From assembly GCA_041393015.1 (NCBI GenBank), contig JAWKKV010000001.1:498625-562624 (forward strand): a stretch of 64,000 nt of DNA. The letters are read 5' to 3'. Shown piece after piece: positions 30,328 through 39,706 of the stretch. Position 1 is the first letter of the stretch, and each line of letters opens with the position of its first letter. Both the position numbers and the translations under genes were made by a program. Origin of the DNA: Chitinophagales bacterium (lineage in GTDB: Bacteria; Bacteroidota; Bacteroidia; Chitinophagales; JADIYW01). The notes below the pieces were generated by a model. That model did no database searches. It had not been told where the DNA came from and saw only the letters and a program-made list of their open reading frames with translations.

Positions 30328-31337
30328 TATTCAATCGCATCAATATAGGCCAAACACAAATCAATAGTGGCTTCAATGCCTTTGATATGCGTTCTCTCTG
30401 TACCATGCGATGCAGCAACGCCCATTCCAATCAAACCTACTCTGAAATCCTTTCCTGCTCTTAAAGCAGCAGAACCATCTGAGCCATAAAATGGATAGAC
30501 ATCAACTTTATAAGGAATATTATTTTTCTCTGCTAAGTCAACCAACTTTTTTCTAAAGTTATAATCGTACGGACCGGAAGAATCTTTCGCACAAATAGAA
30601 CAACTCACTTCATTGCCTTGACAATCATCCCCTAAAACGCCCATATCAATGACCAAAAGTTCTTCAATCGCATCAGAATAACCGACGGTGCCACCATGTC
30701 CAACTTCTTCGTAATTTGAAAAGAATATTTCTACAGGTGCTTCTTTGCCTTGCTCTTTTAATCGCCTGGCAATTTCAAACAAAACAAAACAACCTGCTTT
30801 ATTATCTAAAAACCTTGATTTAATAAATCCACTTTCTAATTGCTGATACTTTACATCTACACAAATAATATCACCGACACCAATACCTAATTTTTCAATA
30901 TCTTCTTTGGTATACACTTCTTCATCCAATCTAACATGCATGCTTTTGGTAGACCGTTCCGTTTTTTCCTTTTCTCTGTTGGCATGTACAGAAGGGTTGT
31001 TCAATAGAATCGTTCCGGTAAAAGTTTTTCCAGAATGTGTGATGATCTTTACATATTCTCCTTCTGCACCAGTTAAAGACAAACCACCTAATAATGAGAA
31101 AGCCAAAGTTCCATTCGCTTTAATACCAGAAACGATGGCTCCTAAAGTATCTACATGACCGGCAATGGCAGCTTTAGGATTTTTACCTAACGCGCATCTT
31201 ACTGCGCCTTTGTTGGTATATTCCGGTTGATAACCATAACTGGTTAACAAATCAAAAATGTATTTACAAGCATTATCTGTGTAACCTGTTGGCGAATCAA
31301 TAGCAATTAACTCTTTGAGTGTATTGTAGTTATTCAT
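30327..31337 (-). CDS. M42 family metallopeptidase (glutamyl aminopeptidase / FrvX-like)
   Basis: LKELIAIDSPTGYT, AGHVDTLG, FLDNKAG, EEVGHGG motifs. ATG (MNNYNTL) preferred over TTG at 31358. Confidence 0.85.
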   Translation of the reverse strand: MNNYNTLKELIAIDSPTGYTDNACKYIFDLLTSYGYQPEYTNKGAVRCALGKNPKAAIAGHVDTLGAIVSGIKANGTLAFSLLGGLSLTGAEGEYVKIITHSGKTFTGTILLNNPSVHANREKEKTERSTKSMHVRLDEEVYTKEDIEKLGIGVGDIICVDVKYQQLESGFIKSRFLDNKAGCFVLFEIARRLKEQGKEAPVEIFFSNYEEVGHGGTVGYSDAIEELLVIDMGVLGDDCQGNEVSCSICAKDSSGPYDYNFRKKLVDLAEKNNIPYKVDVYPFYGSDGSAALRAGKDFRVGLIGMGVAASHGTERTHIKGIEATIDLCLAYIDAIE

Positions 31338-31423
31338 AGTTTGAAATTCTACCCTCAAAATTAGAACAATTATGAGAAAAAGAATGCCAATCTATTCTGT
31401 TGGTTACTTGTTGGTGATAATAT

Positions 31424-31677
31424 TAGAAGCGTTATGAAGGCTTCTTTTGACACGAATTGCACAAATTTCTATGATTACATAAGTTAGTTTGATTGACATT
31501 TTACTTCAATTGGCAATCATTTCTCTTCTGTCTTCTAGTTTTTACATTAAAAAGATAATTACATGGATTTTTACCACCAAAGCGGTAAGTCAATCTGTGA
31601 GATTGAAAAAGCTTTTAAAATTAGCAGTTCTAATCATTAATAATATCTGAGTAATTTGTGAAATTAGTATCCGTTTT
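31424..31677. repeat. conserved non-coding element, copy B (partner at 5551-5808)
   Basis: Same block order and orientation as copy A; the variable middle is about 80 nt. No ORF. Confidence 0.7.
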
Positions 31678-31775
31678 GGAAGAATTAATTTTTGGGTCTA
31701 TTTATAATACCGAAAAGGAAATCTATTGACATAATTAACCTCGTCATTATAAATTCCTAGTAAAATCAGTTGGAT

Positions 31776-32078
31776 TTATGCTGCCACTATTTTACCAATT
31801 GTTTTGATCTTACTGAGTTCATCTTTTTTAGAATGGCTCTCCGTTTCTATATCAAATTCAATTTGCAGCCAAAGCCAATATTTGGCAGAGTTGCCGAAGA
31901 ATCGGCTTAATCTTAAAGCGATATCTGCATTGATCTTATCATTTCCTTTGAGCAATGCATCCACTCTCGTTAATGGCATAAAAGTGCTTTTTGAAAGTTC
32001 ACAGCTACTTATTTTAAAAGGCTCTAAAAATTCCTTTGAAAGCACTTCTCCGGCATGTTTATAATTAGGGTTTATCAT
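31776..32078 (-). CDS. higA: HigA-family antitoxin / XRE-type HTH protein
   Basis: HAGEVLSKEFLEP...LA..L.....I..LL.G...I....ALRLSRFFGNSAKYWLWLQ pattern typical of HigA. Confidence 0.8.
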   Translation of the reverse strand: MINPNYKHAGEVLSKEFLEPFKISSCELSKSTFMPLTRVDALLKGNDKINADIALRLSRFFGNSAKYWLWLQIEFDIETESHSKKDELSKIKTIGKIVAA

Positions 32079-32090
32079 GTTTAATTTTAT

Positions 32091-35000
32091 TTATCTAATA
32101 AGCACCAATGTGCCCACTGTATGTACTTCCTTTTTTTCTTCGATACTATTCTCGTTGCCTCCCCATGAAAAACCGTTGTCGAACATGGCTCTGATTTTCC
32201 AAACGTAATTATCTTGCGGCATATCTTTTCCTTTATAGGTTCCATCCCATCCTTCTACCGGTTGTCCATCTTCTAATAAAGTAGTTCTAAACAACAACTC
32301 TCCATAAGTAGAATAGATTTCCATTTCATACTCAATTAGTGCTACACCTTTGGGTTTAAAAATAGAAGCCTCACTCATATCTCCTAAAATTGGACTCAAT
32401 GCATTCGGCACAAACAACTTCCCAAAGAACTCCACCATAACAGGTTTGATAATGGAATCAATACATCCAAAATCATTTTCAGCCACTAATAAAACAGAAT
32501 ATGGCCCCGAATGAACATATTGATGGGTTGGATTTTCTTCTTCGTAAGAAAAATCATCATCGCCAAAATTCCATATAAAATCTGAAGCATCTGTACTTAA
32601 GTTATTAAATGATACAATTCCTTCTAAAATTTCTGTTTCATTTTGAGAATATTCAAAATCTGCCGTTGGCGTACCAAATACTTCAATTACATCTTGCTTT
32701 ACAATAGTATCGAAACAAAATTTATCATTGTCAGTAATCAGTGATACATTATAACTCCCACTTTCTTGATAAAAATTGACAGGATTCTCTACAAATGATT
32801 TTTTACCATTTCCAAAATCCCATTCAAAATTCTCACCTGTGCTTTGATTGATAAATTGAATACTAGATCCTTCACATATTCTATTTTCATCGGTATCAAA
32901 TTGAGCAATAGGTTTATCTACTATTTCAATTGATTTGGTGACCGTATTCTCACATAAGTTACCGCCAGTAGCCGTTAATGAAACATTGAATAAACCATCG
33001 CTTGTAAATATGTGTTGTGGATTTTGTAAATCGGAAGTAATGCCGTCATCAAAACTCCATTCGTATCCAATACCGCCTTGTGTTTGGTTCGTAAATTGAA
33101 CCGATGACAACTCACATACTCTATCCGGCATTGTAAAATTCGCTTCCGGACTAGTAAAGACTTCAATTTGAAAAGTAGAAGTGTCTTCGCTACATCCATT
33201 ATCAACCGCTAATTGAATGTTATAAAAGCCGGCATCTGTATAAGTATGAATAATGGTATCCGCCAAAGATGTATTTCCATCTCCTAAATCCCAATAAGGT
33301 TGTGCTCCAAAAGATGAGAAATTAATGAGCGTGACATCCAAAGGCTCGCATCCTCTGATATTATCGATATTAAAAAAAGATCTTACATCAACGGATTTAA
33401 CAATGATATCCTTTTTAGCCGTATCGGTTCCACAAACATTGGATGCAAACAACGTTATTGTATAAGTCGTATCACTGAAGCTCGTTTCATAATATTGCGG
33501 TTTAGGATCTTTAGAATTAGATGTTTTACCATTTCCAAAATCCCAGAAATAACTAGTTGGTGAATTGTAACTCACATTATTGATTAATACTGAATCTTCT
33601 TGACAGTATTGATTAAAATTGGTTCCAAATCGGGCTTCCGGTGCTTTGGAAACTAAAATACTATCGGTAAAAGAATCCTCTCCGCACTGATTTATACTAG
33701 TTAAGGTTACATAGTAAGTTGTATCAAAAAATGTTCCCGGAAGGAAAGCGATATTTTGTGGATTTTGTGCCGTAGAACTTTGTCCGTTGCCTAAATCCCA
33801 TTGCACGTTTTCAATATGTCCTGACGATGTATTGGTAAAACTTACTTGTAAAGCATTACATCCATTCGGCACATCAATAGTATAGTTAGATGTTGGGATA
33901 GTAATGATCTCAATTTGAATAGAATCTGACACTACACAACCACTTTGAATTACTTCCGCTGTTACTGTAAAAATTCCTGCTGTTGAATAGCTATAGTTTA
34001 CACTTGCTCCCGTTAAAGAATTGCCATCACCAAAATTCCAGTTAACAGTTGCAGCTGGATCAACATTTAAGGTAAAATCAATGCTTTCATTTAAACAAGC
34101 AGTATCTGGCAAGTTAAAAGTTATTGTTGGAATGTCTAAAACATCAACATTTTTGAAAATAGTATCTCTACAGCCAAGAATGGGTTCAGCAAATGTATAG
34201 CCCACTTCATTTAATCCTACTTGACTTAAAGCAGGATCGAATATTCCAGTTGTGCCATTTGTTACCGCATCACCAATCCATGTTCCACCTGCTGGTGTAT
34301 TCCCGGTTAAAATCAATTCATTTGCATTGATACAAGTGGTTTGATCAGTGCCGGCACTTAAATTGTCTACACTTATCACCTCCACATTTATATTATCCGT
34401 GAAAAAGCAAATGCCATTATCATAAGTATAGGTCAACTCTACATTGCTTTGACTTACTAAGGAAGGATCAAAAATATTAGTTCCTACCACTCCTTCTCCA
34501 GACCAAACGCCACTTGCGGGACTTCCCACTAGAGTTATTGGTGCATCGTTAAAACAGATTTGAAGGTTTGCTCCTGCATCAATATCAACCGGTTCAGATA
34601 GGTTAAAAGATTCTGATTTGGTAGTTGCTCCACAAACATTATAGGCAGATGCTGAAATAGTATAATTTCCAGAGCCAGTAAAAGTAACCGGTGGCGGATT
34701 TGTTCCTGTATAAGTAGCAGGTATTCCACCTGTAAAAGTCCAAACAACAGAATCGGGATTGCCTGTAAATACAAATGTTTCGTCATAAACAAAGGTGTCT
34801 GCACAAACATTTCCTAATGCAGGAATATCAAACAAAACTTTAGCATTAATATCAAAAGTAGTATCCCATTGTGGATTGCCACAAGCATTACTCACCGTTA
34901 ATGTTACTGTATATTGTCCATTATTATTAAACTCAATGTTAGGTTCAAAAGAACTGCTAGAAGTTCCATTTAAGAAATTGACTCCACCTGATGGGGAAAC

Positions 35001-36350
35001 ACTCCAATTGTATGTCACAGAACTATCTTGCGTAGATAGATTAGTAAATGTTGCGATTGTTGGTGCACAACTATTAGGATCATCTAAAACAGCAATTGCG
35101 TCTGCAAAAGGGAGCTCACTAACTTCAATCGTTTTAGTTTTTTCTAAGGTATCACAAGAGTTTGCTGCTTCAATGGTTACTTCATAATTGGCAGGATCAT
35201 CAAACGCTACTTGAATTTGGTAGGCGCCATTCATATCTCCGCTGACCAATGTCCAACCTGAGGCTGGTTCAATAGACCATTTTACTTTATCAATAAAAGC
35301 ACAGGTTAATGCATCTTTAGTTCCTTGAGTTGTATTGGTAAAAGTGATGACTTCATTAACGCAAACAGGATCCGGATTATAGATAAAATCAGGTTTAACG
35401 GTATCGCCAATAATTATTGGACCCAACGTAGCAAAATCAGGTGGTGCCGGGCAAGGACTGTAAGCTTGGATCATTACATCATAAGTATTGTTAACACCAT
35501 TACTAGCGGTTTTACCACAAGATGTTTCTGTAAACTCATATGAAAAAGTCGAAGGTGCCGGATGGTTAAAAGTTTCTACCAGCTCCCCTGCAATGTACAT
35601 TTCATAAACCGTTCCCGCTACATTTTGACCTGTGTTGACGATATTAAAAGTAGCAAGTACCGGAGGACATAAATTTGCGCTTCCAATAAAATTGAAAGGA
35701 TCTTCTAAACCTACGCTTGGTGATGAACCGTTATATATTTTATATTCTGTTGTTGTAGGAGTACATTCAGAACTTCCTTCTCCATGAACAGTTAATGCCA
35801 AAATATGAAGTCCTAAACCATATGTATGACTTAAATTAGTAAAAGTAGCCATTGTTTCTACCGGAGAACCATCTCCCCAATCAATTACATATTGGGTATT
35901 GGTTGCAATAGTTGTTGAAGCATTTGCAATTTGCACCGTAAAATTCGGATTGGTAATAGTTCCATTACAATTGGTTACAACACCATCTGCATTCACACTA
36001 CCATTTAAAACGGTCAATTTAGCACTCGGAGTTGCTTTAACGATTACTTGCCGAGGTGTTCCGCAGTTCACAAAATTCCCAATTGGTCCTTTTCTTCTAG
36101 GTGTTAAATTGATTACATATTGAGAGCCGGTTCCAGGAGGAATAATAACAACGCTATCGCCATCAAACACTTCACTGTAGTTAGGTCCATTTGCCACTAC
36201 TTGGTAAGCATAATTATTACTGGTTGATGAAAAATAAGCCACAATAGCTTCTCCCGCACAGACTTCTGTAGGGTTAACAACCAAATTGCATTGTGCATGA
36301 GACACAAATGATAAAAATATTGTAAATAAAAATGTAAAAAGGATTCTCAT
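32091..36350 (-). CDS. T9SS type B (gliding-motility-associated C-terminal domain) cargo protein with many PKD/Ig-like repeats
   Basis: Signal peptide, more than 10 PKD-like modules (WDFGDG/WNFGDG motifs). C-terminal VPNALSP...FKPKG...GWDGTYKGKDMPQDNYVWKI, a CHU_C-type sorting domain. Confidence 0.85.
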   Translation of the reverse strand: MRILFTFLFTIFLSFVSHAQCNLVVNPTEVCAGEAIVAYFSSTSNNYAYQVVANGPNYSEVFDGDSVVIIPPGTGSQYVINLTPRRKGPIGNFVNCGTPRQVIVKATPSAKLTVLNGSVNADGVVTNCNGTITNPNFTVQIANASTTIATNTQYVIDWGDGSPVETMATFTNLSHTYGLGLHILALTVHGEGSSECTPTTTEYKIYNGSSPSVGLEDPFNFIGSANLCPPVLATFNIVNTGQNVAGTVYEMYIAGELVETFNHPAPSTFSYEFTETSCGKTASNGVNNTYDVMIQAYSPCPAPPDFATLGPIIIGDTVKPDFIYNPDPVCVNEVITFTNTTQGTKDALTCAFIDKVKWSIEPASGWTLVSGDMNGAYQIQVAFDDPANYEVTIEAANSCDTLEKTKTIEVSELPFADAIAVLDDPNSCAPTIATFTNLSTQDSSVTYNWSVSPSGGVNFLNGTSSSSFEPNIEFNNNGQYTVTLTVSNACGNPQWDTTFDINAKVLFDIPALGNVCADTFVYDETFVFTGNPDSVVWTFTGGIPATYTGTNPPPVTFTGSGNYTISASAYNVCGATTKSESFNLSEPVDIDAGANLQICFNDAPITLVGSPASGVWSGEGVVGTNIFDPSLVSQSNVELTYTYDNGICFFTDNINVEVISVDNLSAGTDQTTCINANELILTGNTPAGGTWIGDAVTNGTTGIFDPALSQVGLNEVGYTFAEPILGCRDTIFKNVDVLDIPTITFNLPDTACLNESIDFTLNVDPAATVNWNFGDGNSLTGASVNYSYSTAGIFTVTAEVIQSGCVVSDSIQIEIITIPTSNYTIDVPNGCNALQVSFTNTSSGHIENVQWDLGNGQSSTAQNPQNIAFLPGTFFDTTYYVTLTSINQCGEDSFTDSILVSKAPEARFGTNFNQYCQEDSVLINNVSYNSPTSYFWDFGNGKTSNSKDPKPQYYETSFSDTTYTITLFASNVCGTDTAKKDIIVKSVDVRSFFNIDNIRGCEPLDVTLINFSSFGAQPYWDLGDGNTSLADTIIHTYTDAGFYNIQLAVDNGCSEDTSTFQIEVFTSPEANFTMPDRVCELSSVQFTNQTQGGIGYEWSFDDGITSDLQNPQHIFTSDGLFNVSLTATGGNLCENTVTKSIEIVDKPIAQFDTDENRICEGSSIQFINQSTGENFEWDFGNGKKSFVENPVNFYQESGSYNVSLITDNDKFCFDTIVKQDVIEVFGTPTADFEYSQNETEILEGIVSFNNLSTDASDFIWNFGDDDFSYEEENPTHQYVHSGPYSVLLVAENDFGCIDSIIKPVMVEFFGKLFVPNALSPILGDMSEASIFKPKGVALIEYEMEIYSTYGELLFRTTLLEDGQPVEGWDGTYKGKDMPQDNYVWKIRAMFDNGFSWGGNENSIEEKKEVHTVGTLVLIR

Positions 36351-36390
36351 GTTAGGGTTTTTATGAGTTTGTAAGATTTATTCGTAGTAC

Positions 36391-37470
36391 TTAAAATAGT
36401 CTAATAGAGCCTTTGCCTTTAAACTTGTAACATTTTGTAGGGTTATTGCCTTTATTGGTCTTACTGAAAAGCTCAGCATTCTCGAAGTTAAATTTTACGG
36501 CTAATTCATGCACACCGCCTGATACATTTGTTACGCCAGATAAGTTAAGATCATAACTATAGCCCAAAGTAAAATTGGTATGTTTCCCCATTGACGAACT
36601 AACGCCTCCGGTAAAAATCAATGCTCTTGTACCGCCAACACTAGTAAAGCCATTATCTTGGTAAAGAACACCAACAAATAATGGTTTAAATGTATTGAAG
36701 AAACCACCGGTGAAAATATCCACTCCATTTTGAATTTCATATTTAACAATTGGAGAGATATAGTAAACAGATCTTTTCTTAAGTATGTTTTCTGTAACAG
36801 GAATCATCGCTCCATAATGAAAAGTATATCTTCTTGGCACTCTACTTTCTTGTGCCTGAAAACTCTCGATAGGTGTAGTTAAGTGGTGAACAGCAAAACC
36901 AGCCGAATTGTGAACATATCGTTTAGCTATTTTAAATGAAAATTGAAAAAGCACTCCCGCATCAATATCTACAAAATTTACTTTGTCATTTACTACAACA
37001 CCCTCAACATCATTTCCCGTTACACCATAAATAGCATCAAGATCTGATGAAAAAATAAGGCTATTTCTATCAATTGATTTATGAACGTAAGATGCGCCCA
37101 ATCCAAAGTTGATGTTAAAATTGTCGTTGATTCTTAAAATATAGGCATAAGTTAAACCTGCCATATTAGTTCTTAAAGAAGCTGCTCCTGCAGCATCGTA
37201 CATAGCATGCACGCCAAATCCAGAAGAAAATCTAGGAGATTGAGCATCTAAAGAAAAGGAAGCAGTATTGAAGCTATTATCAATGTTAGCCCATTGGTTC
37301 CTGTAATTTAGAAATACTGTTGTGCCTTGCTCCGATCCTGTTGTAGCCGGATTAAGATAGATTCTGCTTAAATAAGATTGTGAAAATTGTGGGTCCTGAG
37401 CATACCCATTGACAGAAAAAAATAAAATAACACATAGTGCTATTCCATAATAGAATACATCGCGTTTCAT
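36391..37470 (-). CDS. PorP/SprF family type IX secretion system outer-membrane protein
   Basis: Signal peptide followed by AQDPQFSQSYLSRIYLNPATTG, the family signature. Beta-barrel-like alternating pattern. Directly upstream of the type B cargo gene. Confidence 0.85.
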   Translation of the reverse strand: MKRDVFYYGIALCVILFFSVNGYAQDPQFSQSYLSRIYLNPATTGSEQGTTVFLNYRNQWANIDNSFNTASFSLDAQSPRFSSGFGVHAMYDAAGAASLRTNMAGLTYAYILRINDNFNINFGLGASYVHKSIDRNSLIFSSDLDAIYGVTGNDVEGVVVNDKVNFVDIDAGVLFQFSFKIAKRYVHNSAGFAVHHLTTPIESFQAQESRVPRRYTFHYGAMIPVTENILKKRSVYYISPIVKYEIQNGVDIFTGGFFNTFKPLFVGVLYQDNGFTSVGGTRALIFTGGVSSSMGKHTNFTLGYSYDLNLSGVTNVSGGVHELAVKFNFENAELFSKTNKGNNPTKCYKFKGKGSIRLF

Positions 37471-37705
37471 CAGGTTTTTATGTTTATACGCTGAGACTCG
37501 TTACTTTCTCAACAAGGGTTTTTGACAAAAGTCTTTTAAAAATAGTTATAAAGAATAGAGAAGTCAAGTGGTTTTCAATAAATAATTGAGCAAATGTTGT
37601 TGTATTAAAAAAAACAAATATGCATCCTTTTTAAATTTTGTTAAATCATAAGTGATTTACTCCATCAATTATTTATTAGGTTTGTAAAAAATAAATCATC
37701 CTATT

Positions 37706-38098
37706 ATGGAATCTGCATTAAAACATGTTCACTACGTATTTGTCGTACTCTTTTTGATCTCCTATTTCATTAAGTCGACTTTATTTTTATTAGGTAAAAA
37801 TGAAGCATTTGCCAGCTATAAAAAGAAAAGTATTTTAACGGAAACGCTTTTTGCTGTTGGATTTTTAATCACCGGCATCGCAATGATTATTCAAAACCAG
37901 AATATTTTTGATGGAGCATGGTTAAAAAATAGTGGTTGGTTTCATATAAAACTAACCTTAGTTATTTTAGCTATTCCACTAGGAATTATAGGATTTAAAA
38001 AATCAAACAAGTTATTGGTATTAATTTCCGTTTTGTTCTTTTTATACGTATTACTTTTAGCGCTACCTGCAACAAGAAACACTTTCATGATCTTTTAA
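37706..38098 (+). CDS. small 4-TM membrane protein
   Basis: 130 aa with four hydrophobic helices. A TAGGTTTG -7-like box lies about 22 nt upstream. Confidence 0.5.
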   Translation: MESALKHVHYVFVVLFLISYFIKSTLFLLGKNEAFASYKKKSILTETLFAVGFLITGIAMIIQNQNIFDGAWLKNSGWFHIKLTLVILAIPLGIIGFKKSNKLLVLISVLFFLYVLLLALPATRNTFMIF

Positions 38099-38214
38099 CA
38101 CTTTTCAAAGAACTAAAACTGACTTAAATACGTTTAAGAAGTTTAACTATATTTTACATGCAGGTTTAAAATAATCTGCTTAATTTTATTGAACAATAAC
38201 TTAAAAAATAAAAG

Positions 38215-38691
38215 ATGAAGAATTTTTTGAATGTACTATTAATATGCTTTTTAACCACAGGTGTTATTATGGCATGTCCACCAGAAGGAAGTGATGCTAC
38301 TGGCTCTAAAGTTGAAAAAGTAGAATCGGGTGCCATGGTTGAAGGAACATTTGTTACTTTAAACCTAGGTGTTAAAGGAATGACTTGCGGTGGTTGCGAA
38401 AACAAAGTTAAAGCTGCCTTAGGTAGTATTGATGGAGTGGTTGAAACTAAAAAAGTTAGCTCTGAAAGCGACGAAGCTGTTTTAACTTATGATCCTTCAG
38501 TAACAAATGAAGAAACAATTGTAAAAGCGTTAACTGAAAAAACCGGTTATGCTATTGCTGTTTCTAAAGATGGAGCAATGACAGGAGAAGGTGCTACTAA
38601 AGCATCTTGTGCTAAAACTTGCACTAAAGAACAAAAAGCTGCTTGTAATAAAGCAAAAGATGGTGCTGAAGAAAAATTAGAAAAACAATAG
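38215..38691 (+). CDS. exported heavy-metal-associated (HMA) domain protein
   Basis: Signal sequence ending in Cys (IMAC), GMTCGGCENKV metal-binding motif, and a Cys-rich tail CAKTCTKEQKAAC. Confidence 0.75.
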   Translation: MKNFLNVLLICFLTTGVIMACPPEGSDATGSKVEKVESGAMVEGTFVTLNLGVKGMTCGGCENKVKAALGSIDGVVETKKVSSESDEAVLTYDPSVTNEETIVKALTEKTGYAIAVSKDGAMTGEGATKASCAKTCTKEQKAACNKAKDGAEEKLEKQ

Positions 38692-38733
38692 AATCAGATA
38701 AATAGCAATTCATTGCTACAAATTAAATACAAG

Positions 38734-38764
38734 GCCTTTCTCTTTATGGAGAAAGGCTTTTTTT
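38734..38764 (+). terminator. rho-independent terminator
   Basis: gcctttctc / gagaaaggc stem followed by a T7 run. Confidence 0.7.
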
Positions 38765-38788
38765 GTTATTCTAAACTGCTCGATAAGT

Positions 38789-38898
38789 CCTAACGCTTTC
38801 AGGAGCTATACCTACGTAAAAACTTCGGAATATAAATACGCACGCTGAAAGGTTGTACTAACCTTTCAGTGTTCACAAAGTGATCCTGAAAGCGTTAG
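38789..38898. repeat. REP-like nested-hairpin element, left copy
   Basis: Outer stem taacgctttcagg / cctgaaagcgtta. Inner hairpin ctgaaaggtt-gtacta-aacctttcag. Carries a 33-nt insert relative to the right copy. Confidence 0.7.
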
Positions 38899-38910
38899 TT
38901 ATCAATTTAT

Positions 38911-39507
38911 TTATATTTCTTCAAGTTGTTCTATCCATTCACTAAAAGCTATATCATGATAGTTTTTGAATCCTTCAATTCCACCAAACCATTCCAATAC
39001 TTGTTCTCGTTCTAAGAATGTTTTACTATTAGAAGCAAGAAAATTATATGATGAATGTTTCCATTGAGTTCGAGAATTTACTATTTGGTGATGAACTGGA
39101 TTTCGATGTATGTAATTTATAATTTGAGTAAAGTATTCATCACTGTTAATGTGTTTTCTTTTAAACGACTGAATAAATAGTCGGCCCTTTCTTTTATATT
39201 TTAGATTGTGCCATTTGGCAAAGGCATTGAAAAAATGTGAAAACTGAGTTGTTACAAAAGTTTCAATACTAGTTCTCTTTAAAGAAGGCAATTTAACTTC
39301 CATTATCCTTAAGAGGCTTACTTCATCTCTTATCTGAACTAGCCAATGAAAGTGATTTGGAATTAAACAATATGAATAGATTTTTGAAATTGGATAAATG
39401 TACTTCTTCATGAGTTTAATGAAATGTTCGTAGTCTTCATTATTATGAAAAAGAAAAACATTATCAATTGACTTATTATAGATATGATAGCATAGTTCAG
39501 GTTCCAT
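38911..39507 (-). CDS. HUH/Y1 tyrosine transposase, REP-associated (RAYT) or IS200-like
   Basis: HUH motif in LIPNHFHWLV and catalytic-Tyr region IINYIHRNPVHH. N-terminal CYHIYNKS. 198 aa. Confidence 0.85.
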   Translation of the reverse strand: MEPELCYHIYNKSIDNVFLFHNNEDYEHFIKLMKKYIYPISKIYSYCLIPNHFHWLVQIRDEVSLLRIMEVKLPSLKRTSIETFVTTQFSHFFNAFAKWHNLKYKRKGRLFIQSFKRKHINSDEYFTQIINYIHRNPVHHQIVNSRTQWKHSSYNFLASNSKTFLEREQVLEWFGGIEGFKNYHDIAFSEWIEQLEEI

Positions 39508-39590
39508 ATATAGCGATTGTTATACAATAGATTCAAATTTTAAACAAATTCCATAATTCTGAGGAGAAAAAATTGAGATAAAAATCTGGG

Positions 39591-39699
39591 AACAACGCTT
39601 TCAGGAGCTGCGCACGCTGAAAGGTTGTGCTAAATAATGAAAGGTTGTACTAACCTTTCAGTGTTCACAAAGTGATCCTGAAAGCGTTAGAAGTTAAAT
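39591..39699. repeat. REP-like nested-hairpin element, right copy
   Basis: Same outer and inner stems as the left copy. Internal duplication gaaaggttgtgcta / gaaaggttgtacta. Ends 7 nt before the tag stop codon. Confidence 0.7.
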
Positions 39700-39706
39700 A
39701 GGCTCT

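Larger units (their letters stand above)
38789..39699 (-). mobile_element. RAYT/IS200-like unit: Y1 HUH transposase gene bracketed by two structured repeats
   Basis: Transposase at 38911-39507 with flanking repeats at 38789-38898 and 39591-39699 that share an identical 52-nt block in the same orientation. Confidence 0.55.

Noticed and set aside
34795-35187. Internal ORFs inside the two giant adhesin genes (for example 32975-33205, 34535-34810, 34795-35187, 35325-35543, 35899-36123, 41769-42774, 43915-44136, 44937-45167)
   Set aside because: They are off-frame or antisense overlaps of long, well-supported coding regions, with no independent start context or motifs.
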